DNA of 64,000 nucleotides from Chloroflexota bacterium (GTDB taxonomy: Bacteria > Chloroflexota > UBA11872 > VXOZ01): the NCBI GenBank assembly GCA_965221905.1, contig OZ244922.1, positions 160,001 to 224,000 of the forward strand, given 5' to 3'. The notes beneath the pieces were generated by a model that worked only from the letters and a program-made list of their open reading frames with translations, had not been told where the DNA came from and did not search any database. Below are positions 31,008 to 41,662 of this stretch, piece by piece. A program made the translations under genes and the position numbers. The stretch's first letter is position 1; each line of letters begins with the position of its first letter.

Positions 31008-31040
31008 TCAAGAAACCTCGCTTAGGAAGGCTCCTAGTTA

Positions 31041-32106
31041 CGTGCTGAGACGGACGTTGGATGTTGAAGCGCCGCTGGCATTGCGGCTGGCGCTGGCGGT
31101 GGGTGTGCTCGTGCTGCTGCTGTTCCTGTCGTTTGTGGTGACCATGGCGTTTGGCGCTGTGGACGTGCCGGTGGGCGTTACCGCTTCGATTGTCCTGCAG
31201 CAGATGGGCATTCCTCTCGGCGCGACGGCTACCGACGTGCAATGGAGCATCATCAGCCACGTGCGTCTGCCGCGTGTGCTGACGGCGGCGCTGGTGGGCG
31301 CGGCGCTCGCGGTGGCAGGCGCTACTATGCAAGGTATCTTTCGCAATCCGCTTGCCGACCCCGGTATCATTGGAGTTTCCGCGGGTGGAGCGCTGGGCGC
31401 GGTGATTGCTATTCACTTTGGTTTCCGCAGCCTGCACTATTTGGCGACCCCGGCACTGGCCTTTCTGGGCGCGCTGGGCGCCGTGATGCTGGTGTACGTG
31501 CTGGCTGCCACGCGGGGCGTTGACCCGCTGACAACGATGATCCTCGCAGGCGTAGCAGTGCAAGCCTTTATCGGCTCTGTTATCTCGGCAGTGCTCACGC
31601 TCACGGCCAATGTCAACTCCATGCGCGAGATCGTGTTCTGGCTCACGGGCAGTCTCGGCGCCCGCAGTTGGACCCACGTACAGCTTATCTTGCCGTTCAT
31701 CGTGGTTGGGAGCCTGCTCTTGCTCTTCTTTGCACGCGACCTTAATCTAATGGCGTTAGGAGAAGACTCTGCGCGGAGCATGGGGGTCAACGTGCGGAGA
31801 GTCCGGTTGATCATGCTGGCGCTGGCGGCACTCATCACGGCGGTTGCCGTGGCGGTGAGCGGGATCATTGGCTTTGTCGGCCTGGTCGTACCCCACATGG
31901 TGCGCTTGGTGGTAGGCCCCGACCATCGCATTGTGCTCCCCACAAGTCTCTTGACGGGGGCGGTATTGCTTACGTGGGCCGACTTTGGGTCGCGGCTGCT
32001 CTTGCGGCCGCAGGAGTTGCGGGTGGGACTAATCACCGCCTTCTTCGGCGCGCCCTTCTTCCTCTACCTGCTGTATCGCAGCAAGCGACAGGGCAATATT
32101 CTATGA
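31041..32106 (+). CDS. FecCD/BtuC family ABC permease
   Basis: RLPRVL, FRNPLADPGIIG, FWLTGSL, GFVGLVVPH; start uncertain (frame open from 30568). Confidence 0.88.
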
Positions 32107-32990
32107 GTATCCTGCCTGATTCCGATCGCATCGAAGGCGCCGCGCTCTCCGCAAATGACGTCTCCTTTGCAGTGGGCATGGCGCAATTACTGGAAGCAGT
32201 TTCCCTAGAGGTGCGGAGCGGGAGCCTGTTGGGGCTTATCGGCCCAAATGGGGCGGGAAAGTCTACGCTCCTTAAGTGCATCAGCCAGTTGTTGTCGCCC
32301 GCTGCCGGGCAGGTGTGTTTGGATGGCGACGACCTGCGAGGCCGGTCGCCCCAGGAGATCGCACGGCACATAGCGCTGCTACCCCAGAGCACTACGCTAA
32401 ATTTTGCCTTCACGTGCCTGGAAGTGGTCTTGATGGGGCGCAATCCTCATCTGGGACGTTTCCAAGCCGAGGGCGCGCGGGACCACGCTATCGCCCGGCA
32501 AAGTATGAAGAACACCGGAACCGAGGAATTCGTCACGCGCCTTATCACCCAGGTCTCCGCCGGAGAACGCCAGCGTGTGCTTTTGGCGCGGGCGCTCACC
32601 CAGCAGCCGCGGTTGCTCTTGCTCGACGAACCGACCGCGGGACTGGACGTGCAGCACCAACTCCAGGTGTTTACACTGATCCGCAATCTGGTGCGCCAAG
32701 GACTAACGGCCATTGCCGTGGTGCACGATCTCAACCTCGCGGCGCGCTACTGCGACCGCCTTGTGCTGCTAGACCGCGGCACGGTGCACGCGCGCGGGCT
32801 TGTGGGCGACGTGCTTACTCCGAAAAACCTGGCGGACGTTTTCAAGGTGGAGGCGACGGTTGAGGAAGACCAGGCGCTCGGGGTGCCTCGGGTCACTGTA
32901 CTTGCCCCGCTTGACGAAGGGCAGAGTCCTGCCGCGGCGACAGCCGACCATGCGATTGACCGGGCTGCCGCGACTCTCCCTCGAAAATAG
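32103..32990 (+). CDS. ABC ATPase (FecE/BtuD/HmuV-like)
   Basis: GPNGAGKST, VSAGERQRV, LLLDEPT, HDLNLAARYCD. Confidence 0.92.
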   Translation: MSILPDSDRIEGAALSANDVSFAVGMAQLLEAVSLEVRSGSLLGLIGPNGAGKSTLLKCISQLLSPAAGQVCLDGDDLRGRSPQEIARHIALLPQSTTLNFAFTCLEVVLMGRNPHLGRFQAEGARDHAIARQSMKNTGTEEFVTRLITQVSAGERQRVLLARALTQQPRLLLLDEPTAGLDVQHQLQVFTLIRNLVRQGLTAIAVVHDLNLAARYCDRLVLLDRGTVHARGLVGDVLTPKNLADVFKVEATVEEDQALGVPRVTVLAPLDEGQSPAAATADHAIDRAAATLPRK

Positions 32991-33503
32991 GCCGGCCCTG
33001 CCGGTTCGTCCTGCAATTGCCCTCCTATGCAGTGGGGGCACATGACGGAGGGTTGCGGCATTTCAAAGGACTGGCGGTAATTTGTCGGGTTTAATCTGTC
33101 GTTCATGCCGGCATAACGTGCTCCTAACATGGCACACGTAGTATCGTAGATGCCACCTAAGGCCCACTGTTGCGTGGCCTTACCCTTCGTCATAGGGTGG
33201 TTTCCATAATCGCCCTATGACGAATCCCCCTACCGCGCCCGTAAGAATCTGCGAAGTCTCGTAACGTGAATTGTGCCACGGCTGCAAGAATCCAGTTCAC
33301 TCGAGAGAGGGGCATGGAGCGTCAAGGAGGAACTTCGCTCAGGCTGACCGCTGATCAAAATAGGGAGCTACGGAATGGCGGCGCATGGCAGCCACCTGCT
33401 TAGCGTTGTGTGCGTATGACATAATAGAAGCGAAGTGCGCGGGCATGCCCGCTTTTGAATGCACGAAAGCGCTACAGAATGAGCGACTGCTAAGGAGCCG
33501 CAA

Positions 33504-34205
33504 TTGCCACGTGAGAAAGTGCTCATAATCGAGGACGACGACAATCTGCAAGAGGCGCTACGCTATCGCCTCGAGCAGGACGGTTATGTAGTGCATAGCG
33601 CAATGGACGGCGAGGAAGGGCTGGACCTGGCACGGGAGGTCCTGCCCGATTTGATTATCCTCGATATCATGCTGCCGGTGTTGGACGGCCTGGAGGTCTG
33701 CCGCATCATTCGCCAGGAGACCGCAGCGCCGATCATCATGCTCACGGCGAAAGGTGAAGAGGTGGATCGCGTGGTCGGTCTCGAATTGGGCGCGGATGAC
33801 TACGTTGTAAAGCCCTTCAGCACACGCGAATTGCTGGCCCGCATGCGTGCCGTGCGACGACGCGCACGGTCGCGTGGGGAGGCTCTCCCTGCCGCTGACA
33901 CGGCAACTGTGCTCAGTGCCGGAGATCTCCAAGTCAACCTTTCCAGCCACACCGCGAGGCTTGGAGATCAGGCGCTAGCGCTCAAACCCAAGGAATTCAG
34001 TCTATTGGCGTTGCTGATGTCCGGCCGTAACCGCGTCTTTACCCGCGACCAGATTCTCGAGCGCATATGGGGATTCGATTGGGTCGGCGACAATCGCACA
34101 GTAGACGTTCACGTACGGCGACTGCGGGAGAAGATCGAAAAGGATCCCAGTGATCCCGCCCACATTGTGACCGTGCGCGGCGTAGGCTACCGGTTTGAGG
34201 GATGA
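33504..34205 (+). CDS. phoB: OmpR/PhoB-family response regulator (probable phosphate regulon)
   Basis: LDIMLP, LTAKGEE, GADDYVVKPF, VDVHVRRLREK; adjacent to a PhoR-like kinase and phoU. Confidence 0.75.
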   Translation: MPREKVLIIEDDDNLQEALRYRLEQDGYVVHSAMDGEEGLDLAREVLPDLIILDIMLPVLDGLEVCRIIRQETAAPIIMLTAKGEEVDRVVGLELGADDYVVKPFSTRELLARMRAVRRRARSRGEALPAADTATVLSAGDLQVNLSSHTARLGDQALALKPKEFSLLALLMSGRNRVFTRDQILERIWGFDWVGDNRTVDVHVRRLREKIEKDPSDPAHIVTVRGVGYRFEG

Positions 34206-35980
34206 AATTTCCGCGAACGCTGCAATGGCGCATAACGCTTGCCTTCACCGCGTTGATCATACTCACGCTGGGTGTAGCGAGTTTCTATCTCGTCACGGTC
34301 GTGCGCAGCAGCTATCTGACCAACCTCGAAACGCGACTGGAGCACGAAGCGCGCCTCGTCGCCGAAGCCGGTGCCCGCTACTTCTCCGAGCAACCGGATA
34401 CTAGTGCGCTCCAAGCGGCCGGTGAGCGCATGAGCGCTAACATTGCGGCGCGGGTTACCCTCATCGCACGCGACGGCACAGTGCTCGCCGACAGTGCGGA
34501 AGACCCGGCACGCATGGCGAATCAGGCCGTCCAACCCGAGGTAGCGCGTGCACTAAACGCCGGAGTGGGAATCAGTACGCGACGCAGCGGCACTGCGGGC
34601 GAGGAACTGATTTACGTTGCCGTGCCCGTGATTGCCGGGGAGAGCGTGCAAGGAGTGGCGCGGGTAGCGGCGCCTGCGGCACAGGCGCAGGATAGCGTAA
34701 ATCGCAGCATCACCGTTATCGCCCTGATAGGCATTGCCGGAGCGGTCTTCGCGGTGCTGCTTGGGTACGGCGTGGCGTCGCGCACCTCTCGTTCCATCGG
34801 GGCGCTCACGGAAGGCGCCCGCCAGCTTACGGCCGGCGAGCTCGACTACCGGGTGCAGGCGCAAGGGAGAGACGAAACGCAGGAACTTGCGCAAGCGTTC
34901 AACCGCATGGCGTTGTCCCTGCGCAATCTCGTACGCGATCTCTCGGTGGAACGAGGCAAATTGACGGCTGTGCTCAATACGATGGCCGATGGCGTCGTTG
35001 TAATCGACGGCAGCGGTAGGATCGTGCTGGTGAATCACGCGGCGGAAGAGATTCTCAACCTCACCGGCGGTGACGTCTTAGACCGCCGCTTTACTGAGAT
35101 CATCCGCGACCACAACCTGCAACAGCTTGTCGCCCGCTGCATGGAGCAGCGCGAGGTACAGCACGAGGAGGTGGAGATTCCGCAGTGGCAGCGGTATCTG
35201 AGTGTCATAACCACGCCCTTGGCCGAGCACGGCGATTCAAGCGTTTTGCTGACGATGCACGACCTGACGCGCATTCGCCAGGTGGAAACGACCAGAAAAG
35301 AATTCGTGAGCAACGTCTCCCATGAGTTGCGGGGTCCGCTGGCGGCCGTGAAGATTCTGGCTGAGTCGCTGGCGAGCGGCGCTCTCAAGGAGAAAAAGCG
35401 GGCTAAGGACTTCCTGCGTCGTATCAACGGTGAGATCGACCGCATGGCTGCCATGGTGAATGAGCTGATGGAGCTCTCACGTATAGAAAGCGAACAGTCC
35501 GGTCTCCAGCATGCGCCGCTCGATCTGCACCCATTCATCGACGCACTGCGCGAAGAGCATTACGAGCGGACGGAAAAGCGCAAGATCGCACTCGAAGTCG
35601 CGATTCCCGAATACTTGCCGCAGGTCCGCGGCGATGAAGAGAAGCTGCGCCAGGTTTTCGACAATTTGCTAAGTAACGCTTTGAAGTTCACGCCCGAAGA
35701 CGGCCGGATATCTCTCTCTGCACAGCAGGAGAACGGCAAGGTCTGCTTGCGCGTGGCCGACACGGGTGTTGGCATACCGCGGAAGCACCTCCCCCACATC
35801 TTCGAGCGCTTCTATAAGGTGGACCGCTCGCGCCACAGCGAGGGGTTTGGCTTAGGACTGGCCATCGTGAAGCACATCGTGCAAGCCCACGGCGGAGAGA
35901 TTCACGCGGAGAGCGCTGAAGGACAGGGCACGACCTTTACGGTGATCCTGCCTGCTGTGGCTGACGACCCTGCCGACTAA
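34202..35980 (+). CDS. phoR: PhoR-like sensor histidine kinase (HAMP-PAS-HisKA-HATPase)
   Basis: EFVSNVSHELR, NLLSNALKF, DTGVGI, IFERFYKVD, GLGLAIVKH. Confidence 0.78.
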   Translation: MKFPRTLQWRITLAFTALIILTLGVASFYLVTVVRSSYLTNLETRLEHEARLVAEAGARYFSEQPDTSALQAAGERMSANIAARVTLIARDGTVLADSAEDPARMANQAVQPEVARALNAGVGISTRRSGTAGEELIYVAVPVIAGESVQGVARVAAPAAQAQDSVNRSITVIALIGIAGAVFAVLLGYGVASRTSRSIGALTEGARQLTAGELDYRVQAQGRDETQELAQAFNRMALSLRNLVRDLSVERGKLTAVLNTMADGVVVIDGSGRIVLVNHAAEEILNLTGGDVLDRRFTEIIRDHNLQQLVARCMEQREVQHEEVEIPQWQRYLSVITTPLAEHGDSSVLLTMHDLTRIRQVETTRKEFVSNVSHELRGPLAAVKILAESLASGALKEKKRAKDFLRRINGEIDRMAAMVNELMELSRIESEQSGLQHAPLDLHPFIDALREEHYERTEKRKIALEVAIPEYLPQVRGDEEKLRQVFDNLLSNALKFTPEDGRISLSAQQENGKVCLRVADTGVGIPRKHLPHIFERFYKVDRSRHSEGFGLGLAIVKHIVQAHGGEIHAESAEGQGTTFTVILPAVADDPAD

Positions 35981-36797
35981 GGCGGCACGTGTCCGGTCTC
36001 GATATTGTCGCGCGCATGTCCCTGAACGCGCTACTAGCGTAGAGGCTCGACATGTCGTGCCCCTACGTGTCACGCAAAGAGTACCTACCCACCCGCCGGG
36101 CTCCTTCCCCGGTGGGCGGCAAAACACCGCCTTTGGCGCCCGGCACGCTCACGTACAGTTGTCGCCGGTTCGGCCTAGCGTTCGTACTCTCTTTTACATC
36201 CTATCTGTCACGAAGGATCGGGTGATAGATTGTTTCATCGATCATCCCACGATTATCGTGCGCAAAACGCAGTACTGGCGCTGCCCCGTGTGCAATGCGG
36301 TTGCCGGTCAAGAGTCTCTGCGCTGCGCGGAGGCAATTGAGTACATCTCGAGCAGCGCCTAGTTTTCGGTTGTTTGTGCGCTACGGCAAACAACGCATAA
36401 CTGGCGCGGGCACAAGCAGTGCGGGCGTTTAGGCGGAAGTTTGCGAGAAGATGAGGCCTTGTTCAACAGGGACCCGGCAGGTGTACCCTTCCAGGTTCGA
36501 AAGAGAGCAGCAGCAAAGAGGGTTTCGACGGGCCGGACTCTCTAAGTCTGTGCTGCACGGGTAGGCAAATGCCCGTCAAGAGTGCAAAATAGAAAAGGAT
36601 ACGGCCCGGGTCTGCGGCATGCGTAAGTCCTAAAGCGGAAGGCGGAGCGCAGTGCGGCGATGCCGGCGCCCGGCATGTTTGTGCCGGTAATGTGCGCCGA
36701 GGGTTTTACCGTCCGTGGAAAGTGAAGTCCGCCCGCGTAGGCGCATAGAAGTGGTTGTCGAGAGAGTAGCCGGGGAGCGGTGGAAAGGGGCAGTGCC

Positions 36798-37469
36798 ATG
36801 GTACGCACGAATATCGAGAATCGACTGGACGAGATCCAGGATGAAGTCCTTGCGCTGGCGAGCATGGTGGAGAAGGCCATTACTCATGCCATAGATGCCT
36901 TGCGGGAGCGCGACCTGGAGGCATCTATGGCCGTCGTCGCGTTCGATGACGTGATCGACGAAAAGCGCTTTGCCATCGAGGAAAGCTGCGTTGACCTGCT
37001 CGCTACCCAGCAACCGGCTGCCGGTGACCTGCGTTGGGTCATAGCTTTGCTCCACATAGCGGTCGAGTTGGAGCGCATGGGCGACTATGCGGAAGGCATC
37101 GGCAAGATCAGCCTGATGATGGGCGACGAGCCGCCGCTCAAGCCGCTCATCGATATTCCGCGCATGGCGGAAATGTCCATCAGCATGCTCCATCGGAGCA
37201 TCGACGCGCTGGTGACCCGGGACATAGATTTGGCCAGAAAGGTGTGCGAGGCCGATGATGACGTCGATGCGCTCCATGAGCAAATCTATAACGAACTGCT
37301 CCTATTTATGATCAAAGACCCGAGGAGCATCCAGCGCGCAACATACTTGCTCTGGGTAACACACGACCTAGAGCGCACGGCCGACCGCGCGACGAATGTC
37401 GCTGAACGCGTGATCTACATGGTGACCGGCAAGATGCTGGACCTGAACCTCTCGAAGCAGGTGATTTGA
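36798..37469 (+). CDS. phoU: phosphate signaling protein PhoU
   Basis: QQPAAGDLR, ELERMGDYA, DLERTADRATNVAERVIY. Confidence 0.95.
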   Translation: MVRTNIENRLDEIQDEVLALASMVEKAITHAIDALRERDLEASMAVVAFDDVIDEKRFAIEESCVDLLATQQPAAGDLRWVIALLHIAVELERMGDYAEGIGKISLMMGDEPPLKPLIDIPRMAEMSISMLHRSIDALVTRDIDLARKVCEADDDVDALHEQIYNELLLFMIKDPRSIQRATYLLWVTHDLERTADRATNVAERVIYMVTGKMLDLNLSKQVI

Positions 37470-37594
37470 TCGCCAAGGAGGCGGTGTTAGGGCGTGTGCA
37501 CTATGGCAAGCGGAGAGATTTAGAAGATTGAGAGAAGAGCGGCAATGTAGCGTTAGCGCAGTAGTGTTACGTGCTGTGATACGTCAAGCAGACC

Positions 37595-38014
37595 TTGCTA
37601 AAGGAGAAATCTCGATTGAAACGGGTACTCTTCGTCTGCGTGCACAATGCGGGGCGCAGTCAGATGGCGGAGGCGTTTCTCCGTCAGCTTGCCGACGGCA
37701 AGGCGGAGGCGCGTTCCGCGGGCACGGCGCCGGGCGAGCGGGTGAATCCAGTTGCCGTGCAGGTCATGGCCGAGCGCGGGATTAGTCTCGATGCCCATCG
37801 GCCCAAGTTACTGACGCAAGCGTTGGCGGATTGGGCGGACAGAATTTTCACCATGGGCTGTGGCATCGACGAGTCATGTCCGACATTGCGAACAGAAGTA
37901 GAAGACTGGGAACTCCCCAATCCCAGCGGACAGCCGTTGGCCGTGGTGCGCGGCATCCGCGACCAAATCGAGAAGCGGGTCAACCTTCTTCTACGCGAAC
38001 TCGACGATTCATAG
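37595..38014 (+). CDS. arsC: arsenate reductase (LMW-PTP family)
   Basis: LFVCVHNAGRSQMAE, TMGCG...CP, WELPNP. Confidence 0.85.
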   Translation: MLKEKSRLKRVLFVCVHNAGRSQMAEAFLRQLADGKAEARSAGTAPGERVNPVAVQVMAERGISLDAHRPKLLTQALADWADRIFTMGCGIDESCPTLRTEVEDWELPNPSGQPLAVVRGIRDQIEKRVNLLLRELDDS

Positions 38015-38801
38015 CACCGCCACTCTGGGTCTCGGGCTGCTGTACAGTTGATGATCTCTGTACATAGTCTTCCAAGTACTGGGATACCACCTTACTGATC
38101 TCCCGGTGGATTTTCTTCGGGCTGGGCGTCGCGTCGATCATTTTGAAGCCGTACTCGTCTGCGAGCCTATGGAAGTTCTTGCGCAGCGAGGCCTGGTATT
38201 TCAGAAAGCTCTCGAACATGCTGCTGCCCATCTGCAGATCCATGCCGGACTCCCAGTAGTTGAGCTCGCCGTACTTCTCCAACGTGCGGTGGAAGAGCAC
38301 TTCCGGCTCCGCGTCGAGGAAGACGATCAAGTCCGGTTCCAGCGCAATGCCGAACAAGCGTTTCAGCCACTTCAGTTCGGCGCCGCGCGCCAAGTCGCGC
38401 GCCATGAGCGTGTAGATGTAGCGGTCGGCAATAATTACAAATCCGGCTTGCATCGCGGGTACAATGCGGCTTTCTAACTGATCGGCAAGGTCGGTTGCGT
38501 AGAGCAGACTCAAGGTCGTCTTTCCCAGCAGATTGCCTTGCTTCGCGGAGGAGATGGCCTTGGCCAACAGGTCCGACCGCCGGATGCCCATCTCCAGCAC
38601 GGCGTGTCCCGCCGACTCCAGCGATTCCTTGAGCATTTGGGCCTGCGTGGAGCGCCCGGAACAGTCAGAGCCTTCAATGACGATCAGTGGGCCGCCGAGT
38701 TCGAGGTCGTCGAGGTACGGCAGGCCGCAGCCATAGAACCGTGCGCGTGTGGGTACTACAGTAGAAATTTGCTCATCCCCTTGTTGCTGCTTGTCGTCCA
38801 T
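37980..38801 (-). CDS. thymidylate-kinase-like protein with degenerate P-loop
   Basis: EGSDCSGRST (K to R), ADRYIYTLMARD, YWESGMD. Confidence 0.85.
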   Translation of the reverse strand: MDDKQQQGDEQISTVVPTRARFYGCGLPYLDDLELGGPLIVIEGSDCSGRSTQAQMLKESLESAGHAVLEMGIRRSDLLAKAISSAKQGNLLGKTTLSLLYATDLADQLESRIVPAMQAGFVIIADRYIYTLMARDLARGAELKWLKRLFGIALEPDLIVFLDAEPEVLFHRTLEKYGELNYWESGMDLQMGSSMFESFLKYQASLRKNFHRLADEYGFKMIDATPSPKKIHREISKVVSQYLEDYVQRSSTVQQPETQSGGAMNRRVRVEEG

Positions 38802-38894
38802 GCGGTCTCGTGGGCCTACTACGAGTAATGCGCAAGGCTATTGCCCGGCGGTGAATGAGGCGGCGCGGCCGCTCCTTCAGTCAAGTTTCTTCCT

Positions 38895-39587
38895 CTAGGC
38901 TGGCGGCACATAGTCCGCCAGCTTCTCCTGCACCACTTTTTGCACTTCTCCCCAGGTCTCATGTATCGTGCGCGTTGCATCGATGACGGCGAACTGCTCG
39001 CTGCGCGCCATCTTGTCGTATTGGTCCTTTATCCTGCCCTGGAACAGCTTGAAGCTCTCCACCGGATCGAGAGAGAGACCGGTGTCCATGCCGGCTTCGT
39101 AGTACTTTAGCGAGGGCCGGCCGAAGAGGATCCGGGAGATCGATACTTCCAACGGCGCGTGGAAATAGAAGGCTATGGTCGGCTGCACGGCAAAGTTGTA
39201 GGTGTTACGCACCCACTGCAGATCGCAGCCCCGCGCCACGTCACGCGCGTAAGCGGTGTAGACATACCTATCGGCCAGCACGATACACCCGGCGTGGAGC
39301 GGCGGGAGGATGACTTTCTCGTAGCGGTCGGCAAAGTCGCAGGCGTGGATGAGGCTAAACGTGGTGGGTGTGAGCTGCTCCTTCCGCTTTGCCCGACGTG
39401 TTGCCTGCTTGACGATGGCCGAGGAGTTCCACTCGGTAAAGACAACCGGGTACCCTTGCGACTGCAACCAGACGCGCAGGAGGTGGAGTTGGGTGCTCTT
39501 GCCGGAACCGTCGCAACCTTCTACGACGATCAAGCGGCCGGGGTACTGCTTGTTGAGGCCTAAGCCGCGGACCTTTTTCATTGCCAT
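38895..39587 (-). CDS. thymidylate-kinase-like protein with canonical P-loop
   Basis: EGCDGSGKSTQ, FTEWNSS, ADRYVYTAYARD, YYEAGMD. Confidence 0.88.
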   Translation of the reverse strand: MAMKKVRGLGLNKQYPGRLIVVEGCDGSGKSTQLHLLRVWLQSQGYPVVFTEWNSSAIVKQATRRAKRKEQLTPTTFSLIHACDFADRYEKVILPPLHAGCIVLADRYVYTAYARDVARGCDLQWVRNTYNFAVQPTIAFYFHAPLEVSISRILFGRPSLKYYEAGMDTGLSLDPVESFKLFQGRIKDQYDKMARSEQFAVIDATRTIHETWGEVQKVVQEKLADYVPPA

Positions 39588-39966
39588 TTGTGGTTTCTCC
39601 CAACTCTTGGATTACCGGACGAATCACCAAAGGGGTAGAGTTTGCCGCTATTGGCGTACCGCCGGCAGAGACTGCTGTGTTTCACCGCTTTGAGCGTCAG
39701 CCAATCTGGTGACGGAAACTTGCTGTTCAGCACTGTCCGTAGAGTGTGGAAAACACTCAATACCGACATGCCGGCACGGAAGCTTGCCACCGTATCAAGT
39801 ACTGGGCCTGAGTACATTGCTGACACGTTCCCAGAACCGGTCTCCGCCGAAATGACGCGTGGCAGGCCGCCTACGCGATACGCGATCCGTGGCCCGGCAC
39901 CGCCCATGACGGCTTTCTCGGCGAACTCATGAGAAGACCATCTTGTGCCCGTCAATGTAAGACAGT

Positions 39967-41619
39967 CTACCCAATAACCCCAGAGTTAGCCCGCTTCAAG
40001 CGTCCGTGTGAGTCATCAAGAATAAAGTGTACACCAAATGCGGTTGCAATGTCATTGAGCGTCGCCTCCGTTTCGCGGAATTCGCAAACTGCATCGGGAT
40101 CAGCAGCGAGGCTCAACGTTATTCCTCTGGGATCGCCTGAAATCGCACACGTGACGGCTTCCACAAGGCACGACTCGCTGCGATCGAGCGCCTCGCTGAG
40201 TTGTAGGACCGCGCCGAGCTTGGTCACGGTGTCAAGATCGTGCTTTTCCAAGAGCGAACGGTACTCCGGCTGGCGTTTCAATGGGCCGCCGCTGCCGTTG
40301 TGCGCGGCCACGAGGCCTGCAACCATGAGTAACTCGCGGTGGGTCAGGCCGTCGATGCCCGTACGCGTGAGCAGGTAGAAGCCGTGCTCGTCGTGGTTGT
40401 AGAAATTTACGGCAATGCCCACGTCGTGAAGGAGCGCCGCGATTTGCAGCAGCCTGCGCGCTTCGGCATCCAGACCGTGCACCGGTGCGAGTTGATCGAA
40501 AATTGACAGTGCCAGGTCGGCCACGTGGTTGGCGTGGGTCTCGTCAACGTTGTAGTACCGCATGAGGTTAGTGGTGGCAAAGAGCGCCGGATCGGGCACG
40601 CGCGGCTCCACCATGTCGCCGCCCAGCACGTGGTTCAGGAACAAGCCTTCCCGCAGGCCTCTGCCGCTAATGGCAAGCGCAGTGGCGCCAATAGTCTTCG
40701 CCAGCCCGCACACCACCGCCGCACCCGCGACGATGATGTCTGCCCGCTTAGTGGAAAGTCCGGGAACCTTGCGCCGCTCTTCGAGAGTTAACTTGCGGAG
40801 CATGGCGTAGATCTCTTCTACGGCGCCGATTGGGAGAATCATGCCGTGGAGGAGGTCCAGCGGATAGCCTGTCTGCCGCCGGTAGATTTTTGCCAAGTTG
40901 CGCACGGTGCCGCCGATGCCAATCAAAACCGGCTTGCCGTTGTGCGAGAATGTCCCATTGCGGCGCCCAGCGCTCCCGGACGCCGGTTTTTCATCAAGCG
41001 AGTGTGCGGCTGCTTCGCCCTGCCCATTGAGCCAGGAGAGCGCCCCAAGATTGGCCGCGATGTGTTGCTCCAGAGTGCGGATCTGCTTGTTCGTCGGTCT
41101 ATCGCGATTGAGAAAATCGGTGGTGAGTGTGATGGCGCCAAGGGGCAGGCTTGTCTTGTGGGTAGCGGCGCGTTGATGGGCGCGCACGATTTGCACGCTG
41201 CCGCCGCCGACGTCTACCATCACGCCGTTCGCCGCTGCAGTGCTGTTGACCGCTGCCACATAGTCGTAGTAGGCCTCCTCATCGCCGGATATGATGTTGA
41301 CGCGCAGACCGGTTTCGGCTTTGATGCGGTCAACCACCTCCGGCCCGTTGCGGGCGCGCCGCAGGGCGCTGGTGGCGACGCCGATGACGTGCGTGACGCG
41401 ATGGGCTGTGCAGAAGCGCGCTAAAACGCGCGATATCTCCAACGTACGCTCAATCGCTTCCGCCGTGAGGTCGCCGTTTGCATCGAGCTGCTCGCCCAGC
41501 CGCAGCGTCTCGCGCAGCTCGTCTACGAGCTTGAACGCGCGGTCTGCATACACCTCAAGAAGCGCCAAACGCGCTGAATTCGAGCCAATATCAATGACAG
41601 CCACGCGTTCTCCGGTCAT
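39967..41619 (-). CDS. ppx: exopolyphosphatase Ppx/GppA with HD domain
   Basis: IDIGSNS, ATSALRRA, DVGGGS, GLREG, LLHDVG. Confidence 0.92.
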   Translation of the reverse strand: MTGERVAVIDIGSNSARLALLEVYADRAFKLVDELRETLRLGEQLDANGDLTAEAIERTLEISRVLARFCTAHRVTHVIGVATSALRRARNGPEVVDRIKAETGLRVNIISGDEEAYYDYVAAVNSTAAANGVMVDVGGGSVQIVRAHQRAATHKTSLPLGAITLTTDFLNRDRPTNKQIRTLEQHIAANLGALSWLNGQGEAAAHSLDEKPASGSAGRRNGTFSHNGKPVLIGIGGTVRNLAKIYRRQTGYPLDLLHGMILPIGAVEEIYAMLRKLTLEERRKVPGLSTKRADIIVAGAAVVCGLAKTIGATALAISGRGLREGLFLNHVLGGDMVEPRVPDPALFATTNLMRYYNVDETHANHVADLALSIFDQLAPVHGLDAEARRLLQIAALLHDVGIAVNFYNHDEHGFYLLTRTGIDGLTHRELLMVAGLVAAHNGSGGPLKRQPEYRSLLEKHDLDTVTKLGAVLQLSEALDRSESCLVEAVTCAISGDPRGITLSLAADPDAVCEFRETEATLNDIATAFGVHFILDDSHGRLKRANSGVIG

Positions 41620-41662
41620 ATACTCTCCTTGTTAGACTTCCTTTACGGGAGCCCAACCCGCG

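Noticed and set aside
36190-36215. Pho box upstream of phoU
   Set aside because: tttacat...ctgtcac lacks convincing 11-bp periodicity.
36222-36362. Small YgiT-like zinc-finger ORF (IIVRKTQYWRCPVCN)
   Set aside because: Only one CxxC and no clear RBS; may be a remnant but cannot be supported.
39578-39955. 125-aa ORF between ppx and the tmk-like genes
   Set aside because: No recognisable motif or RBS; treated as intergenic.
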